Below, piece by piece: positions 1 to 56,438 of a stretch of 60,629 bases of DNA; within the stretch, counting starts at the first letter, position 1; each line of letters begins with the position of its first letter. The position numbers were made by a program, and so were the translations under genes. The stretch comes from Octopus bimaculoides. Taxonomy: Eukaryota. The notes below the pieces were generated by a model. That model was not told where the DNA came from. It saw nothing but the letters and a program-made list of their open reading frames with translations, and made no database searches. The stretch lies in the NCBI RefSeq assembly GCF_001194135.2, contig NC_068994.1:5359439-5420067 (forward strand), written 5' to 3'.

Positions 1-33
<33 letters not shown>

Positions 34-90
34 CGTATATGTACATACATTTATTCATTTCTTCTTTACATGAAAATATTGATTTCAAAT

Positions 91-283
91 TTTGGCACAG
101 GGTCAACTCTTTTGTGGGAGGGTTTAAGTCGATTATATTGATCCCAGTGATTAACTGTTAGTTACCTTAACCACCCCGAATGGATGGAAAGTAAAATGGA
201 AATTGAACTCGGAACTTAGAGAAGGACGAAATACCTCTAAGCGCTTTGCTCTAACGATTCCACTACCTCGCCGCTTCAGGTAG
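91..283 (-). mobile_element. tRNA-headed SINE, family B (decayed)
   Basis: Similar to better copies at 47947-48392 (aattttggcaca...gtcgatt...ctaacgattc...cgcc). Confidence 0.7.
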
Positions 284-782
284 ATAATGCTGTTAAACAT
301 GTTGTTCGACGTGATAACGGTTCTGCCAGCTCACCGCCTTCCTTCTTCAGTGTATTAGATCTCACAATCTCACAACATGATTCACTATAACGTAGTGATG
401 GAAGGATTGGTTTGTATTTTCTTTCACAATGCAAATATAAACTGNNNNNNNNNNTGATGGAAGGATTGGTTTGTATTTTCTTTCACAATGCAAATATAAA
501 CTGAATTGAGTCCGTTCCTTCGAGTATATACACCAGGACTAATACAGATGCATCTTTAGAAAATAAAAGAACATTTTTATAATATTTGTAAACTCTTTCT
601 GTTATAAGAAGAAAACCTGTAGTTTCTTAATCTTAATATTTCTCGTAATTCAAATGTAAACATCTCTTTTGTTTGCTAAAATATACCATTACTTATCTGA
701 ACACTTGTTTACGTTTGTTGATATTTGCATTCATTTTCCGATTTTTCAGTTTAATAATCTAAACTTATTTCTTTATATACAG

Positions 783-920
783 GAAGATATCATGAATTCA
801 TAAAGAACGAGTCGATNNNNNNNNNNNNNNNNNNNNNNNNNNNNNNNNNNNNNNNNNNNNNNNNNNNNNNNNNNNNNNNNTTCAGAAACAGTTACAGATT
901 TAGTACTGTAGAAATTTTCA
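783..920 (+). CDS. Probable upstream extracellular exon (GRYHEFIKNES...gap...FRNSYRFSTVEIF)
   Basis: Acceptor ctttatatacag at 782, donor gtaatt at 921, phase 1/1 matching the next EGF exon; the open frames on both sides of the 64-N gap are the same frame; only one frame is open after the gap. Confidence 0.4.
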
Positions 921-1424
921 GTAATTTTTCGGGTGAGAGATAATATTTCATATTCTATATATATTGTTGATAATGATTGTAGTGGTTATATTGTTCATGA
1001 CGATAAATCGAAATTAATTTGTTTTAAATACACAATATTCAGATATTATCAATTGAATAGCAATATAATAATATATTCTGAAAGTATCAAAATATTGGTT
1101 CAAGTTGACTGAGCATGTTTTTTAAAGCTTATTAGAAAATTTATAACGATCATTCCAAGTGAGCAGAATCTCTGAAATTATTGGCAACGTGGTATATACG
1201 TAGATTCTTACAAGTTTGTGTGAAATCCAAANNNNNNNNNNGAATTATTGCAGGCTGGTTCTTATTTTATCGATCCCAGAAGAATTAGAGGTGAAATCGG
1301 GCTCGGCGGAATTTAAGAGGAAAGCGCCGGAATAAATGCTAGCTCGCCACATAAAATAATGTTAATAAAGCAAGTATTTCAGCGTAAAGGTAGACCTTTC
1401 CTTACCATTTGCTCTCTATCTATA

Positions 1425-1499
1425 GGCGTAGGGGTGGCTGTGTGGTAAGCATAGTCGTAGGAGTGGCTGTGTGGTAAGTAGCTTGCTTACGAACCACAT
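1425..1499 (+). mobile_element. SINE family A head (with duplicated A-box segment), running into a gap
   Basis: gtaggagtggctgtgtggtaagtagcttgcttacgaaccacat matches the head of 53062-53445. Confidence 0.75.
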
Positions 1500-2338
1500 N
1501 NNNNNNNNNNNNNNNNNNNNNNNNNNNNNNNNNNNNNNNNNNNNNNNNNNNNNNNNNNNNNNNNNNNNNNNNNNNNNNNNNNNNNNNNNNNNNNNNNNNT
1601 TGAAATGGTCTTTTTAAGGAGTGTCAAATAAATAAATAAATAAATAAGGATAAAAACTGGTTTACTACTTACTCTATTGTTTTTAGAGGGTTTCTAGGGA
1701 TGGTAAGAGAAGGAAGAAAAGAAAAGAAAGAAGAGAGAAGAAAAAATAGAGAATAATAAATAGAAAATATAAATAAAATCTAAATGTCTTCCTGTTTTTT
1801 CTTTGCTTTTAGTACTTTCCTTTTATATTCTTTGTCCTTTCTTTTTATATACACTTTGAGTCCTATTTAGAATATATTCCTGTCATACATTCATATGACA
1901 GGTATTATTATATAAGTGTTGGGTATATTTCAAGTAGTACACCGATAAAGTACGTTCGATGTCTATAGCTACCTGACGTAATCTACGGTAATTATACAAT
2001 TGTCGCTGGAACTTCTTAAGGAATTTGTCAGTGTACGTTGAATATAAAACAAACCATAGAGACGCAAAATGGAAAACACATTCTGTAGCCATCCCCTTCG
2101 GGTGCGAAAGTATTTAATTAGTTGTGGTGCATACCTCGGTCCAGAAGCGTCTAGTTAGATGATGCAATAAGTGGTATCTCGTTGTTTCACTATCTTGTTT
2201 CATCAAATTGCTTAGTTTGATCAGACACGCATCATGGGATAACTCCCATTGGAACTTGTAGCCATTCTCAACTAAACTCGGAAATAGGCATGAATGAGTG
2301 CGTACACAGAAGCCCATACGTGAATATGTGAAGCTATG

Positions 2339-2340
<2 letters not shown>

Positions 2341-2405
<65 letters not shown>

Positions 2406-2576
2406 GTATGCGGGTGTATATGCATATATGTGTCTATTCTATGTACGTGTATATACATGATTATGTATCAATGTATGTATGTGGTTTTGTATATACGTAT
2501 GTGTATATATGAATATATGCGCTTATGTATGTATGTATGTACGTATGTATGTATGTATGTATGTATGTATGTATGC

Positions 2577-2616
<40 letters not shown>
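2341..2616. repeat. Compound microsatellite (CA)n, (TATG)n, (TA)n
   Basis: Direct reading. Confidence 0.95.
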
Positions 2617-2621
<5 letters not shown>

Positions 2622-3066
2622 TGACCACCTTGACCGACCAGTCCGTCGGGCGTCCATTTGACACCGCTGGTCACAGCACGCTGTCCACTCCTCTCTGGAT
2701 CACGCCTTCCTCATCCACGTGGTCCCAATCGCCCTCCTAAAATCCTAACTCCACCGTCGTGGAGGCCTTCCGAGTGGTCGCTTCCGCTCGCGTGGGTACC
2801 ACTCGACAACTGCGCGGGTCCACCGATTATCGGTGAGCCAGGCTACGTGTCCAGCCCATCTAAACTTGCTACGTGTATATTCTACAATGACATCCCTCAC
2901 GCCGGACTTCTGTCTGATGACCTCGCTACTAATGTTCTCTCTCAACGAGATTTCAAGCATTGACCTCTCCATGGCTCTCTGAGCCGTTACCAATCTCTGC
3001 TCTTCTCTCCTTGTTGTAGCTCTTGTTTCACTACCATATAACATTGCAGGTAGAACTGCGCTATTT
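2617..3066 (-). mobile_element. RTE-clade LINE, 3' fragment
   Basis: ORF 2745..3044 contains LYGSET, RWAGHV and RPLGRPPRRW, the RTE reverse transcriptase C-terminus; it ends at a (TA)n tract. Confidence 0.9.
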
Positions 3067-3283
3067 ATGAGATTGGCACGGGTAATGTCGAATTGATGGA
3101 GGAACTGACCTTATGTCTACAAACATATTGGATAACTATAAACAAATCATCCGTGTGGTTGTTCAGCAAAAAATTGCCGAAACCTCATACGTCATCTAAC
3201 AACGTGGAAGTCCTTGATATGCATATATATACGTATGTGTTAGTATGTTATGTATTAGCTTATGTGCAAATGACTATGTATAC

Positions 3284-3328
<45 letters not shown>

Positions 3329-3849
3329 NNNNNNNNNNNNNNNNNNNNNNNNNNNNNNNNNNNNNNNNNNNNNNNNNNNNNNNNNNNNNNNNNNNNNNNN
3401 NNNNNNNNNNNNNNNNNNNNNNNNNNNNNNNNNNNNNNNNNNNNNNNNNNNNNNNNNNNNNNNNNNNNNNNNNNNNNNNNNNNNNNNNNNNNNNNNNNNN
3501 NNNNNNNNNNNNNNNNNNNNNNNNNNNACATACATACACATATATAATATGAATACACACACACACATGTAAACATATATACATATGTGTGTGTATGTGT
3601 ATATATATATATATATATACTTCAGAAATGTAACTACACGACATTGGCGACTTTTTCTTCAGCTTCCGACTTGTCCCTTTCGCCTTTCCGACGAAGTGCT
3701 ATACTCGAAACGTTAAACTCTCCCCTTTCACCGACCGTCAAACAAATATATTTCTTGTGACAGCCTTCACGTTCGATTTATTTCTAATTTCTTTCTTGTT
3801 TTCGTTTTTTATTCGCTATTAAAATTGTATATTCATTCAATTGACAATT

Positions 3850-4157
3850 TATATATAAGTGTCAAAGAAATCCAGAATGGAGCCCCGAAGGCAGTTTATT
3901 GTTCGATCCGACACTCTTCCCGCATTTCCTGCAACCAAGCTGGTTCTAAACGTAGTGCTCTGCACTCCTTTGGACTACGTCAACAATGTCAAGAGAGGAA
4001 TCCTAACGATTGGGCTACCCAGGATTTTCTCACATCTAGCCCAGGCCTGCACAAGACTGGAGAGGGCATGAAATGTATAAACAAGACTAGATTAGTTTAT
4101 GCGCAACTCCATTGTCTCCCGAGACAAAAGGATGCCAACAAAAAAAAAAAAAAAAAA
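3850..4157 (+). mobile_element. Probable RTE/BovB-like LINE 3' end with A tail
   Basis: IGLPRIFSHLAQAC resembles the terminal IGLxSHxxxC motif; gtctcccgagacaaaaggatgcc 3' stem followed by poly-A running into a gap. Confidence 0.45.
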
Positions 4158-5094
4158 NNNNNNNNNNNNNNNNNNNNNNNNNNNNNNNNNNNNNNNNNNN
4201 NNNNNNNNNNNNNNNNNNNNNNNNNNNNNNNNNNNNNNNNNNNNNNNNNNNNNNNNNNNNNNNNNNNNNNNNNNNNNNNNNNNNNNNNNNNNNNNNNNNN
4301 NNNNNNNNNNNNNNNNNNNNNNNNNNNNNNNNNNNNNNNNNNNNNNNNNNNNNNNNNNNNNNNNNNNNNNNNNNNNNNNNNNNNNNNNNNNNNNNNNNNN
4401 NNNNNNNNNNNNNNNNNNNNNNNNNNNNNNNNNNNNNNNNNNNNNNNNNNNNNNNNNNNNNNNNNNNNNNNNNNNNNNNNNNNNNNNNNNNNNNNNNNNN
4501 NNNNNNNNNNNNNNNNNNNNNNNNNNNNNNNNNNNNNNNNNNNNNNNNNNNNNNNNNNNNNNNNNNNNNNNNNNNNNNNNNNNNNNNNNNNNNNNNNNNN
4601 NNNNNNNNNNNNNNNNNNNNNNNNNNNNNNNNNNNNNNNNNNNNNNNNNNNNNNNNNNNNNNNNNNNNNNNNNNNNNNNNNNNNNNNNNNNNNNNNNNNN
4701 NNNNNNNNNNNNNNNNNNNNNNNNNNNNNNNNNNNNNNNNNNNNNNNNNNNNNNNNNNNNNNNNNNNNNNNNNNNNNNNNNNNNNNNNNNNNNNNNNNNN
4801 NNNNNNNNNNNNNNNNNNNNNNNNNNNNNNNNNNNNNNNNNNNNNNNNNNNNNNNNNNNNNNNNNNNNNNNNNNNNNNNNNNNNNNNNNNNNNNNNNNNN
4901 NNNNNNNNNNNNNNNNNNNNNNNNNNNNNNNNNNNNNNNNNNNNNNNNNNNNNNNNNNNNNNNNNNNNNNNNNNNNNNNNNNNNNNNNNNNNNNNNNNNN
5001 NNNNNNNNNNNNNNNNNNNNNNNNNNNNNNNNNNNNNNNNNNNNNNNNNNNNNNNNNNNNNNNNNNNNNNNNNNNNNNNNNNNNNNNNNNNNNN
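4158..5094. other. Assembly gap (largest of several N runs; others include 817-880, 1500-1599, 3329-3527, 7509-7777, 36991-37574)
   Basis: N runs; gaps upstream of 7911 could hide further extracellular exons. Confidence 0.99.
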
Positions 5095-5144
5095 ATATAT
5101 AAGCAGAATACTCCGGATTCATTTCCAACAATACTTTATTTCAG

Positions 5145-49555
<44,411 letters not shown>

Positions 49556-49724
49556 TACATGGGTGGGTGGTGTGAATATTTTTATAGACCCCACATTATA
49601 GATGTTACGAGTTAAGCGGTGATGTATGCAAACAATTTATTTCCTTGTTGGATAAAGAAAACCAACGATTAGCGGCAATTGCTTGTATCTCTCAAAGGAA
49701 ATGGAGACATTTTCAAGAAACTAG

Positions 49725-49852
49725 TACTTAATTTGTCGACCCTGAGAGGCAAAGTCGACCTCGGCGGAATTTGAACTCAGAGCGTAGCGGCAGACGAAAT
49801 GCCGTTTAGCATTTCGTCCGGCGTGCTAACGATTCTGCCAGCTCGCTGCCTT
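49725..49852 (-). mobile_element. SINE family B, 5' half, downstream of the stop codon
   Basis: ggcaaagtcgacctcggcggaatttgaactcag...ctaacgattctgccagctcgctgcc. Confidence 0.88.
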
Positions 49853-51852
49853 GAAATTAATGATAATGTTAAAAGGAAACATCATCTCACTTTTTGTAGA
49901 AGTAAATATTGAAAATTAATCTTTGTTTGCACATACAGGCCAACTATGTGACATAGTTCTGTAATAATACATTATGCTAGTTACAGTGACCAAAATTTAT
50001 CCGGTACACCTTTTCTTCATGAAAAAAAAATGCACTAAATTTATGGTTTTTGATAAGCCAAAAGATATCTATTCTTGCCTACAGATAACTGGGGTTTTTT
50101 CTCTTCTATAGAGAAGTCAATTAACTTTGAAATATTAAAATTAATTTCTTCAAATGATTTCCTTTTTTTCATTGAGACTTTGCAACAATTGCTGCTAAAT
50201 TCTTTTTTTCTCTTGTCTCCAACTGGGAAGAAAAATTTCATTGAATAATTAATTTTTTCCTTTTTCTTGTACATGTGTACGACATTCAGTAAATCGCCGC
50301 TTAACTTCGGGTCATTTACCCTTTTGAGTTATTTCCCTTAACTCATTAAAAAAAAAAAATTATATCTCACAGCATATATATTTTTACTTATCATCTGATT
50401 TATTACAATCAGTCTCTTCCCTCTCTTCTTCTCACCATTTAAAAAAAATATTTTCTTCTTTATATTGCCCAATACGTTTCTCTATTTTTCTTTATTCTTA
50501 TTGTTTTTACTTAATATATTTAATCAACATATTCGAGATTTTAAGTTTTATTAATACCATATATCGCATGACATAGAAATTCAGCCGGTAACCTTCAGTT
50601 ATTGCGAAACGGCGACAAGAAACTAATTCGTTTACCACTGCTATCTTTTTAATTGTCATACCACCACTGTCATCTCAATTCATTTACCATATCTCTTGTC
50701 TCTATTCATATACGGTTGGTAGCTTCTTTCATATACTGTTGCTACCATTTCACTGAACGGTGTCCTTCAGTTCAAAGACCACTGGTGTCTTCCTAATTCA
50801 TATACCATGGTGCCATGACTATTGAAACAGTACGGCTGTCGTATCAATACGTATAAAATTGTTGTATTCTCCATCCATATACCCTTGATATCTATCGCAT
50901 TTATATACAGTTTGTATTCTCTCCAATCAGATTCATATCCAAGGCGTTCTTCAAAAGTCATATGCTGGTATTTTTCTCTCAGATCATACACGTCAATTGT
51001 TGCTCTGTCTTTATCGTTAATGTCCTCTCCATTCATTTACAACCATTGCTTTCTCGATTCATAGACCTGCAGTTGGTGTCAATACCGTTGTTTATATCAT
51101 GAAAATAATAGTCAATAATATCTTAATTCAGTCACCTACATTTTGCTTGGTACTCACAAGAAATCTTCCGTAATATCAGTATTAATGATTGCATTTGTGA
51201 CCAACGTTGCCTATATATGTAAAAAAAGCAATATAATTGTGTAATCTCTTTTGTAATCTGTATCAATAAAGATATAAATATAAACTCTGGCCTCACGTGA
51301 AAAATAATAAATTTATCTATATCTATAAAAGTCGATGTTTGTCTTTTGTCTTGAAATATCATTATGCACCAGAATAACGCAAATGGTAAAACAGAGATTA
51401 TTCATGAAAACAAATGATGAAAAACTGATAATAGTAATGGAATGGTAAGCTCTCCCGTTCTCTCACCATCTCACACCATTATTCTCAGCAAACCCCGCCA
51501 CATGTACATTTGTTCCATTCATCTACCTTACAGCATTGTATAAGCAGTATATATTGCAATAATATTGTAATAAATATTTTTTCGTTTAGGAAAACAGTTT
51601 TACATAGCAAACATATACGCATAGAAGGATGGTGCAGTAGAAATGTGCTTTACGAACTAAATGGGTTACGTAGCTTTAGGTTGAAGTTCAAATTTCTCCA
51701 GATTTTATCAACAACACTAGGCGAATGATAAAAAGTGTATATGTAATAATCTTGAAACTAAAATGACTTAGCTATTGTAAGTGGAGTAGTGTTTTCCAGG
51801 AAATAATCGACAAAAAAGGGAGGAGAGTGAATGAGACGTTATAATGAAGAGG

Positions 51853-51912
<60 letters not shown>

Positions 51913-52199
51913 CGTGTGTGTGCGTGCGAAGTGATGCACAGTGATTGCTTCTTGCCAGTAGTATGATGGATGTATCGACATAGTATGATGGATCTAATTC
52001 GAGTGTAGGTTTAAATCCTCTCTGTTAGTATAAGAGCTAAGGAGAAGATCTGTCATTTTCGCGTCGCCGTGGCTCTAAGCGTTAATGCCGTTAATTCCAG
52101 AAGCATTAATGTTATCCGATCTACTGCTAGGGTTGGTAGTATTTTCCCGGTTTACCGTGTTACTATGAACTTGGTTGATGTGGAGACCAGACAAGTGGT

Positions 52200-53755
52200 T
52201 CAAAGGACCTGAAGGTAGACGGCCGAATTTGCTCCTATTAGAATCGACAATAATAGATCCCAAATTTAGGATTGTGAATATGACATTTTCATAGTGGGTT
52301 TCTTAAATATCGAGTAAGACTTATTTTAGGGTCGGAATTTGGAGTCTATGTTGTTTGACTTGAGAAGAAAACGGGAATGCAAAATATAAAATCTCACGCT
52401 TTCTACTGCTGGGGACCTTAGGACCGTGCTTGGGGTAGAGCTGGCCGAGTGATTATTAGCGAGGGAAGCTTGCTGAAGGGCACTAGCGTGTAGAGAGGCA
52501 GGGGTAAGTCTGGGAAGGAGACTTAAAGTGTGTAGAATAAAATAAAAGTTCTAATTTGGTTTTCAGTCTAGTATTAGGGATATATGAGAACCTCCCAAGG
52601 AAGACGCTATTGCGTAGAGTCTTGTTATAGTGCAGGGTGTGATCATGTAAGAAATCCTCATTGACGGATAGCCTAGAAATCCTAAAAGAAATATTTTATG
52701 TTATACATGAGTAGATGGAACGTTGATGTATTCTAAAGCGTCATTAATCTTCTGGTAAGGCTAGTAGAGACTAGAATTCAAGTGAAGCGTCAGATCCCAG
52801 AAATTGGTTACTTCATTCTTTTTTTTTTTTTTCGAATAAGTTACTGAGATTATGGTTTTTAAAGAGTTTATCGAGGGCTTTACGTATAAACTCAGTGGAC
52901 GACCTCGACGTCCCTATGGTTGGGAAAAATGTTCATTTGTTTACGAGAGAAGAAATAGATATACCAGGGTTGTAACTCGAGCAGAGTCCGAAGAGTCTAT
53001 GATGATATTGAAGAGATATATGGTGGTATTATGTGACCCGTATTCATTAAAAAAAAAATAAACGTGGAATGGCTGTGTGGTAAGTAGCTTGCTTACGAAC
53101 CACATGGTTCCGGGTTCAGTCCCACTGCATGGCCCCTTGGGCAAGTGTCTTCTACTATAGCCTCGGGCCGACCAAAGCCTTGTGAGTGGATTTGGTAGAC
53201 GGAAACTGAAAGAAGCTAGTCGTATATATGTATGTGTGTATATATGTTTGTGTCTGTGTCTGTCCCCCGCAACATCGCTTGACAACTGATGCTAGTATGT
53301 TTACGTCCCCGTAACTTAGTGGTTCGGCAAAAGAGACCGATAGAATAAGTACTAGGTTTACAAAGAATAAGTCTTGGGGCCGATTTTCTCGACTAAAGGC
53401 GGTGCTCCAGCATGGCTACAGTCAAACGACTCAAAAATAAAAGAGTGTTTTCAGGTGCTAAGATAATGTCAATGTCCAGCTAAGAAAGGCAAGCAAGTTT
53501 TCCCACAAACATTAGGGCCTTATTTAGAAGGATAACGGATATGGAAGCGTAAAAGCTCGAAATATCAAACTGAGGAAAGTGAGTATTAAATCTGTAAGGA
53601 AGAGAGTGGTACTAAATAATGATATCACGAGTAATTTTCCAAAGAGAAAATTAACTCTGTTACACAAAGGGTCTATTATGCATTTACTAATGCCACACAG
53701 ATCGGATTTTTGGGGGGGCAAACGAGTCAAATGGTAATCCTTATTTTTGGATTAG
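52200..53755 (-). mobile_element. Penelope-like element, decayed reverse transcriptase region, interrupted by a SINE
   Basis: In order on the minus strand: RLPPQKSDLCGISKCIID, QFDISSFYASI, FNIIIDSSDSARVTTLVYLFLL (GSxDGAEVCELVG-like), PYQKINDALEYINVPSTH and IFKKPTMKMSYS..NLGSII. Confidence 0.75.
53062..53445 (+). mobile_element. SINE family A inserted in the Penelope-like element
   Basis: tggctgtgtggtaag A box, ggttcagtccc B box, full body and tail. Confidence 0.9.
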
Positions 53756-54392
53756 TATGAAATATTAGATTTGTTCTCATGAAAAAAGGCCAGCCACCTC
53801 ATTCGCGCGATGAAATCGTTGGTTTTCTGTAACAGCAATACCATTATTTAGCTATAAATTACAAATTTGCACGAAGCGTAAGGATGCAGAAAAGCATCAA
53901 CCTGCTAGAAGGTACCAAGATAACAAACAAATAACAGTAGGCGAGGAAACGGAAAGAATTAATACATTCAAAAACACTACTATGAAAGATTACAGAGTTT
54001 AGGACATCCACATACCCGGGTTTCGGCTTGTAAGAGGTAAATTTGGTTGGCACTGGAAGGGTGCCACCACAATCCCTTACATAAATGTTAGAGGAAAATA
54101 TCGGAACAAGAAAACATCCGAACATAAAAACAATCCTTTATTTTGTATGTACAAATATTTACACCTTGGGACTATCAGTAGCCAGGTCTGGTGTGGAAGC
54201 AGCAAAGTCGGAGTTAATCATATTTTGTGAAGGCATTCTTCACAGAACTCCAGCTACACAGAGCTGGTCAAATACCGAGCGTCCAGGACTGGAGCGGAGG
54301 CGAACAGAGAACTGCTAAGGACACGTCTGCATAGTGCAGCGGCTGCGTCTCGAGTCTGGTGATACCAAAAAACCTTTTCTCTGCTAGTTTTC

Positions 54393-54480
54393 TGCGCATG
54401 CGCATCAGGGACTTTTCGTCAAGCCTTCCAGAAGGTTCCAACCCTGAGCATGTGTGCTGGAGACCCTCAAAATGACGTCA
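54393..54480. promoter_or_regulatory. Perfect NRF1/EWG-type palindrome TGCGCATGCGCA (54393-54404) and perfect CRE TGACGTCA (54473-54480)
   Basis: The motifs are read directly in a locally GC-richer segment; function is inferred only. Confidence 0.35.
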
Positions 54481-54654
54481 CTACAGGCTTGTGGAAATGT
54501 AAGCCTCTTCAGTATGGACGACCTTGTAAAAATTCGACTGTCACTCTATATTCCGTTAGTGTACTGGTTCTGTTTTGCGCCATAACCACAACTTTTTGCC
54601 TGCGAACCACCTATGTTAATACCATCAATGTTAACTTTTAACCAAAGATGATAT

Positions 54655-54958
54655 TCTTTTCTACTCGAGGCACAAGGCCTGGTTTTCTTTTTGGTGTGGG
54701 GAGGGGCCAGTCGATTAGATCGACCTCAGTACGCAACTGGTACTTAATTTATCGACTCCGAAAGGGTGAAACGCAAAGTCGACCTCGGCGCAATTTGAAC
54801 TCAGAACATAAAGACAGACGAAATACCGCTAAGCATTTCAACGTTTCTTATTTCTTTATGACCCACAAGGGATAAGCACAGAGGGGACAAACAAGGATAG
54901 ACAGAGGGATTAAGTCGATTACATCGACACCAGTGCGTAACTGGTACTTAATTTATCT
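54655..54958 (-). mobile_element. SINE family B plus a second 3' fragment
   Basis: ggcacaaggcct...gcaaagtcgacctcggcgcaatttgaactcag, then a repeated aagtcgattacatcgac...ctggtacttaatttatc. Confidence 0.82.
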
Positions 54959-55022
54959 ATTTCTTTTATGATGTTCTACTTGACATATATTTTTTTTTCT
55001 GTATTTCATTTATTATAGAAAC

Positions 55023-56407
55023 GATGCTCCATATTAATGAGACAAATTAATAGAGTGAATAAAAGAAGTTTCCCTTTCTTAGAATTCTATTTCTTCGGCA
55101 ACGTTCATTATAAATTGAAAGACATTAAAGTCGATGTAACTTTGTTCACTCTCGATTCAAATTATGATAGTAATGTTTCTACTTACCATGTCTGTAGTAA
55201 GAAAGGCAGAAAAGATTCTGTCAGTCTTTCTATTTTCAGTAGAATTACCATTAGAAAGAAAACGTTATAATATTAAATATTAGTGTACTGTGTAATTTTC
55301 CAAGGAATCACTGAATTAATTTTCAATATTAGCTGTGCAGTACATATGTTGATCCGTTATGTCTTGTCGGACTTTGTAGCAGACGATATTAAGATTGAGG
55401 AATGCGCATGCGTCAGACTACTCTTTATGACGTAGCGTTGTCATTGGCAACTGTTCGCTTACTTTAAGCTAGTTTTATACAGTCTTTACATAAATGGAGA
55501 CATTAATAACTGATGAGTACTTCAACTTTAATACAAAAAATATGTTATTCTAGAGTATATGGTACTGGGTAAGACAGAGTAATCCAGGGGCGGCTACTCG
55601 TCTAGGTTTTTCACGACAGGAACTTATGAATTGTTGAGAATGTCTTATTACGAGGGCCATATACGTTGCATAAACGAGATTACCTTTAACGATTTTGACA
55701 ATTTTTTCATTTGAAAGTGATTAGTAATTGTGTTCTTGGTTCTTAAATGATTAGCTTCTCTGTGTGTGTGCGTGCGTGCGCAAAACCTGCCTGTTCAATG
55801 CATTTTAATTGTGATATGTTTGTAGATTGATAGCTGAATACACAAAATTTTCCAGCATTGATTTGCATGTCGACTAATTTCAATCTATTTTTATACGTTT
55901 AATTTTTACTGAAATGAGGGTTTTTTAAAAATTACTTTTGATACTTTTATATCATCAACGTACCTGGAGACAATGACTGACTGTGTGAATGTGAATATGT
56001 TTAAAAGAGCCTCTACAAATATTAATAGTCCCAAACGGATCCGTGAGGGACACCTCATAGAAATTATGTCTCCTCTGAACAAGTGTTGTGAACTGCAAAT
56101 TTTGTCAGACGATTGATCTTTTAGTTTTCCATTTATACTATGATAATACTAGGTTGTGGTATATCATTCTCTGATCAGCTTCTTCGAAGGCCTTAGAGAA
56201 GTCTAGATATATTACTTGCATGTATAATTGATGGAGTTGCTGTTTCAATATCCTGTAAAGCAGCCCCTACTTGACCCGAGGTCATGATGGGTGTTAAGTA
56301 GCAAATCAATCTTTTCAATAAACGTAAACAACTTCCCTTATGTACGTATATATGTATGTATGAATATATATATGAATATTTATGTGTGCGTGAGTGTTTG
56401 CGTGTTT

Positions 56408-56438
<31 letters not shown>

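Noticed and set aside
396-503. Exact 49-bp direct repeat (396-444 and 455-503)
   Set aside because: The copies flank a 10-N gap, the typical pattern of overlapping contig ends; most likely an assembly artefact.
1883-2458. Minus-strand ORFs of 69 and 114 aa
   Set aside because: No recognisable motif or splice structure; part overlaps a (CA)n tract and a decayed SINE-like segment.
50767-51036. 89-aa minus-strand ORF with protein-like composition
   Set aside because: No recognisable family, an in-frame stop immediately upstream, a weak acceptor, and an irregularly recurring attcatttacca-like motif (50615-51047) suggesting a decayed repeat; a BLASTx search would settle it.
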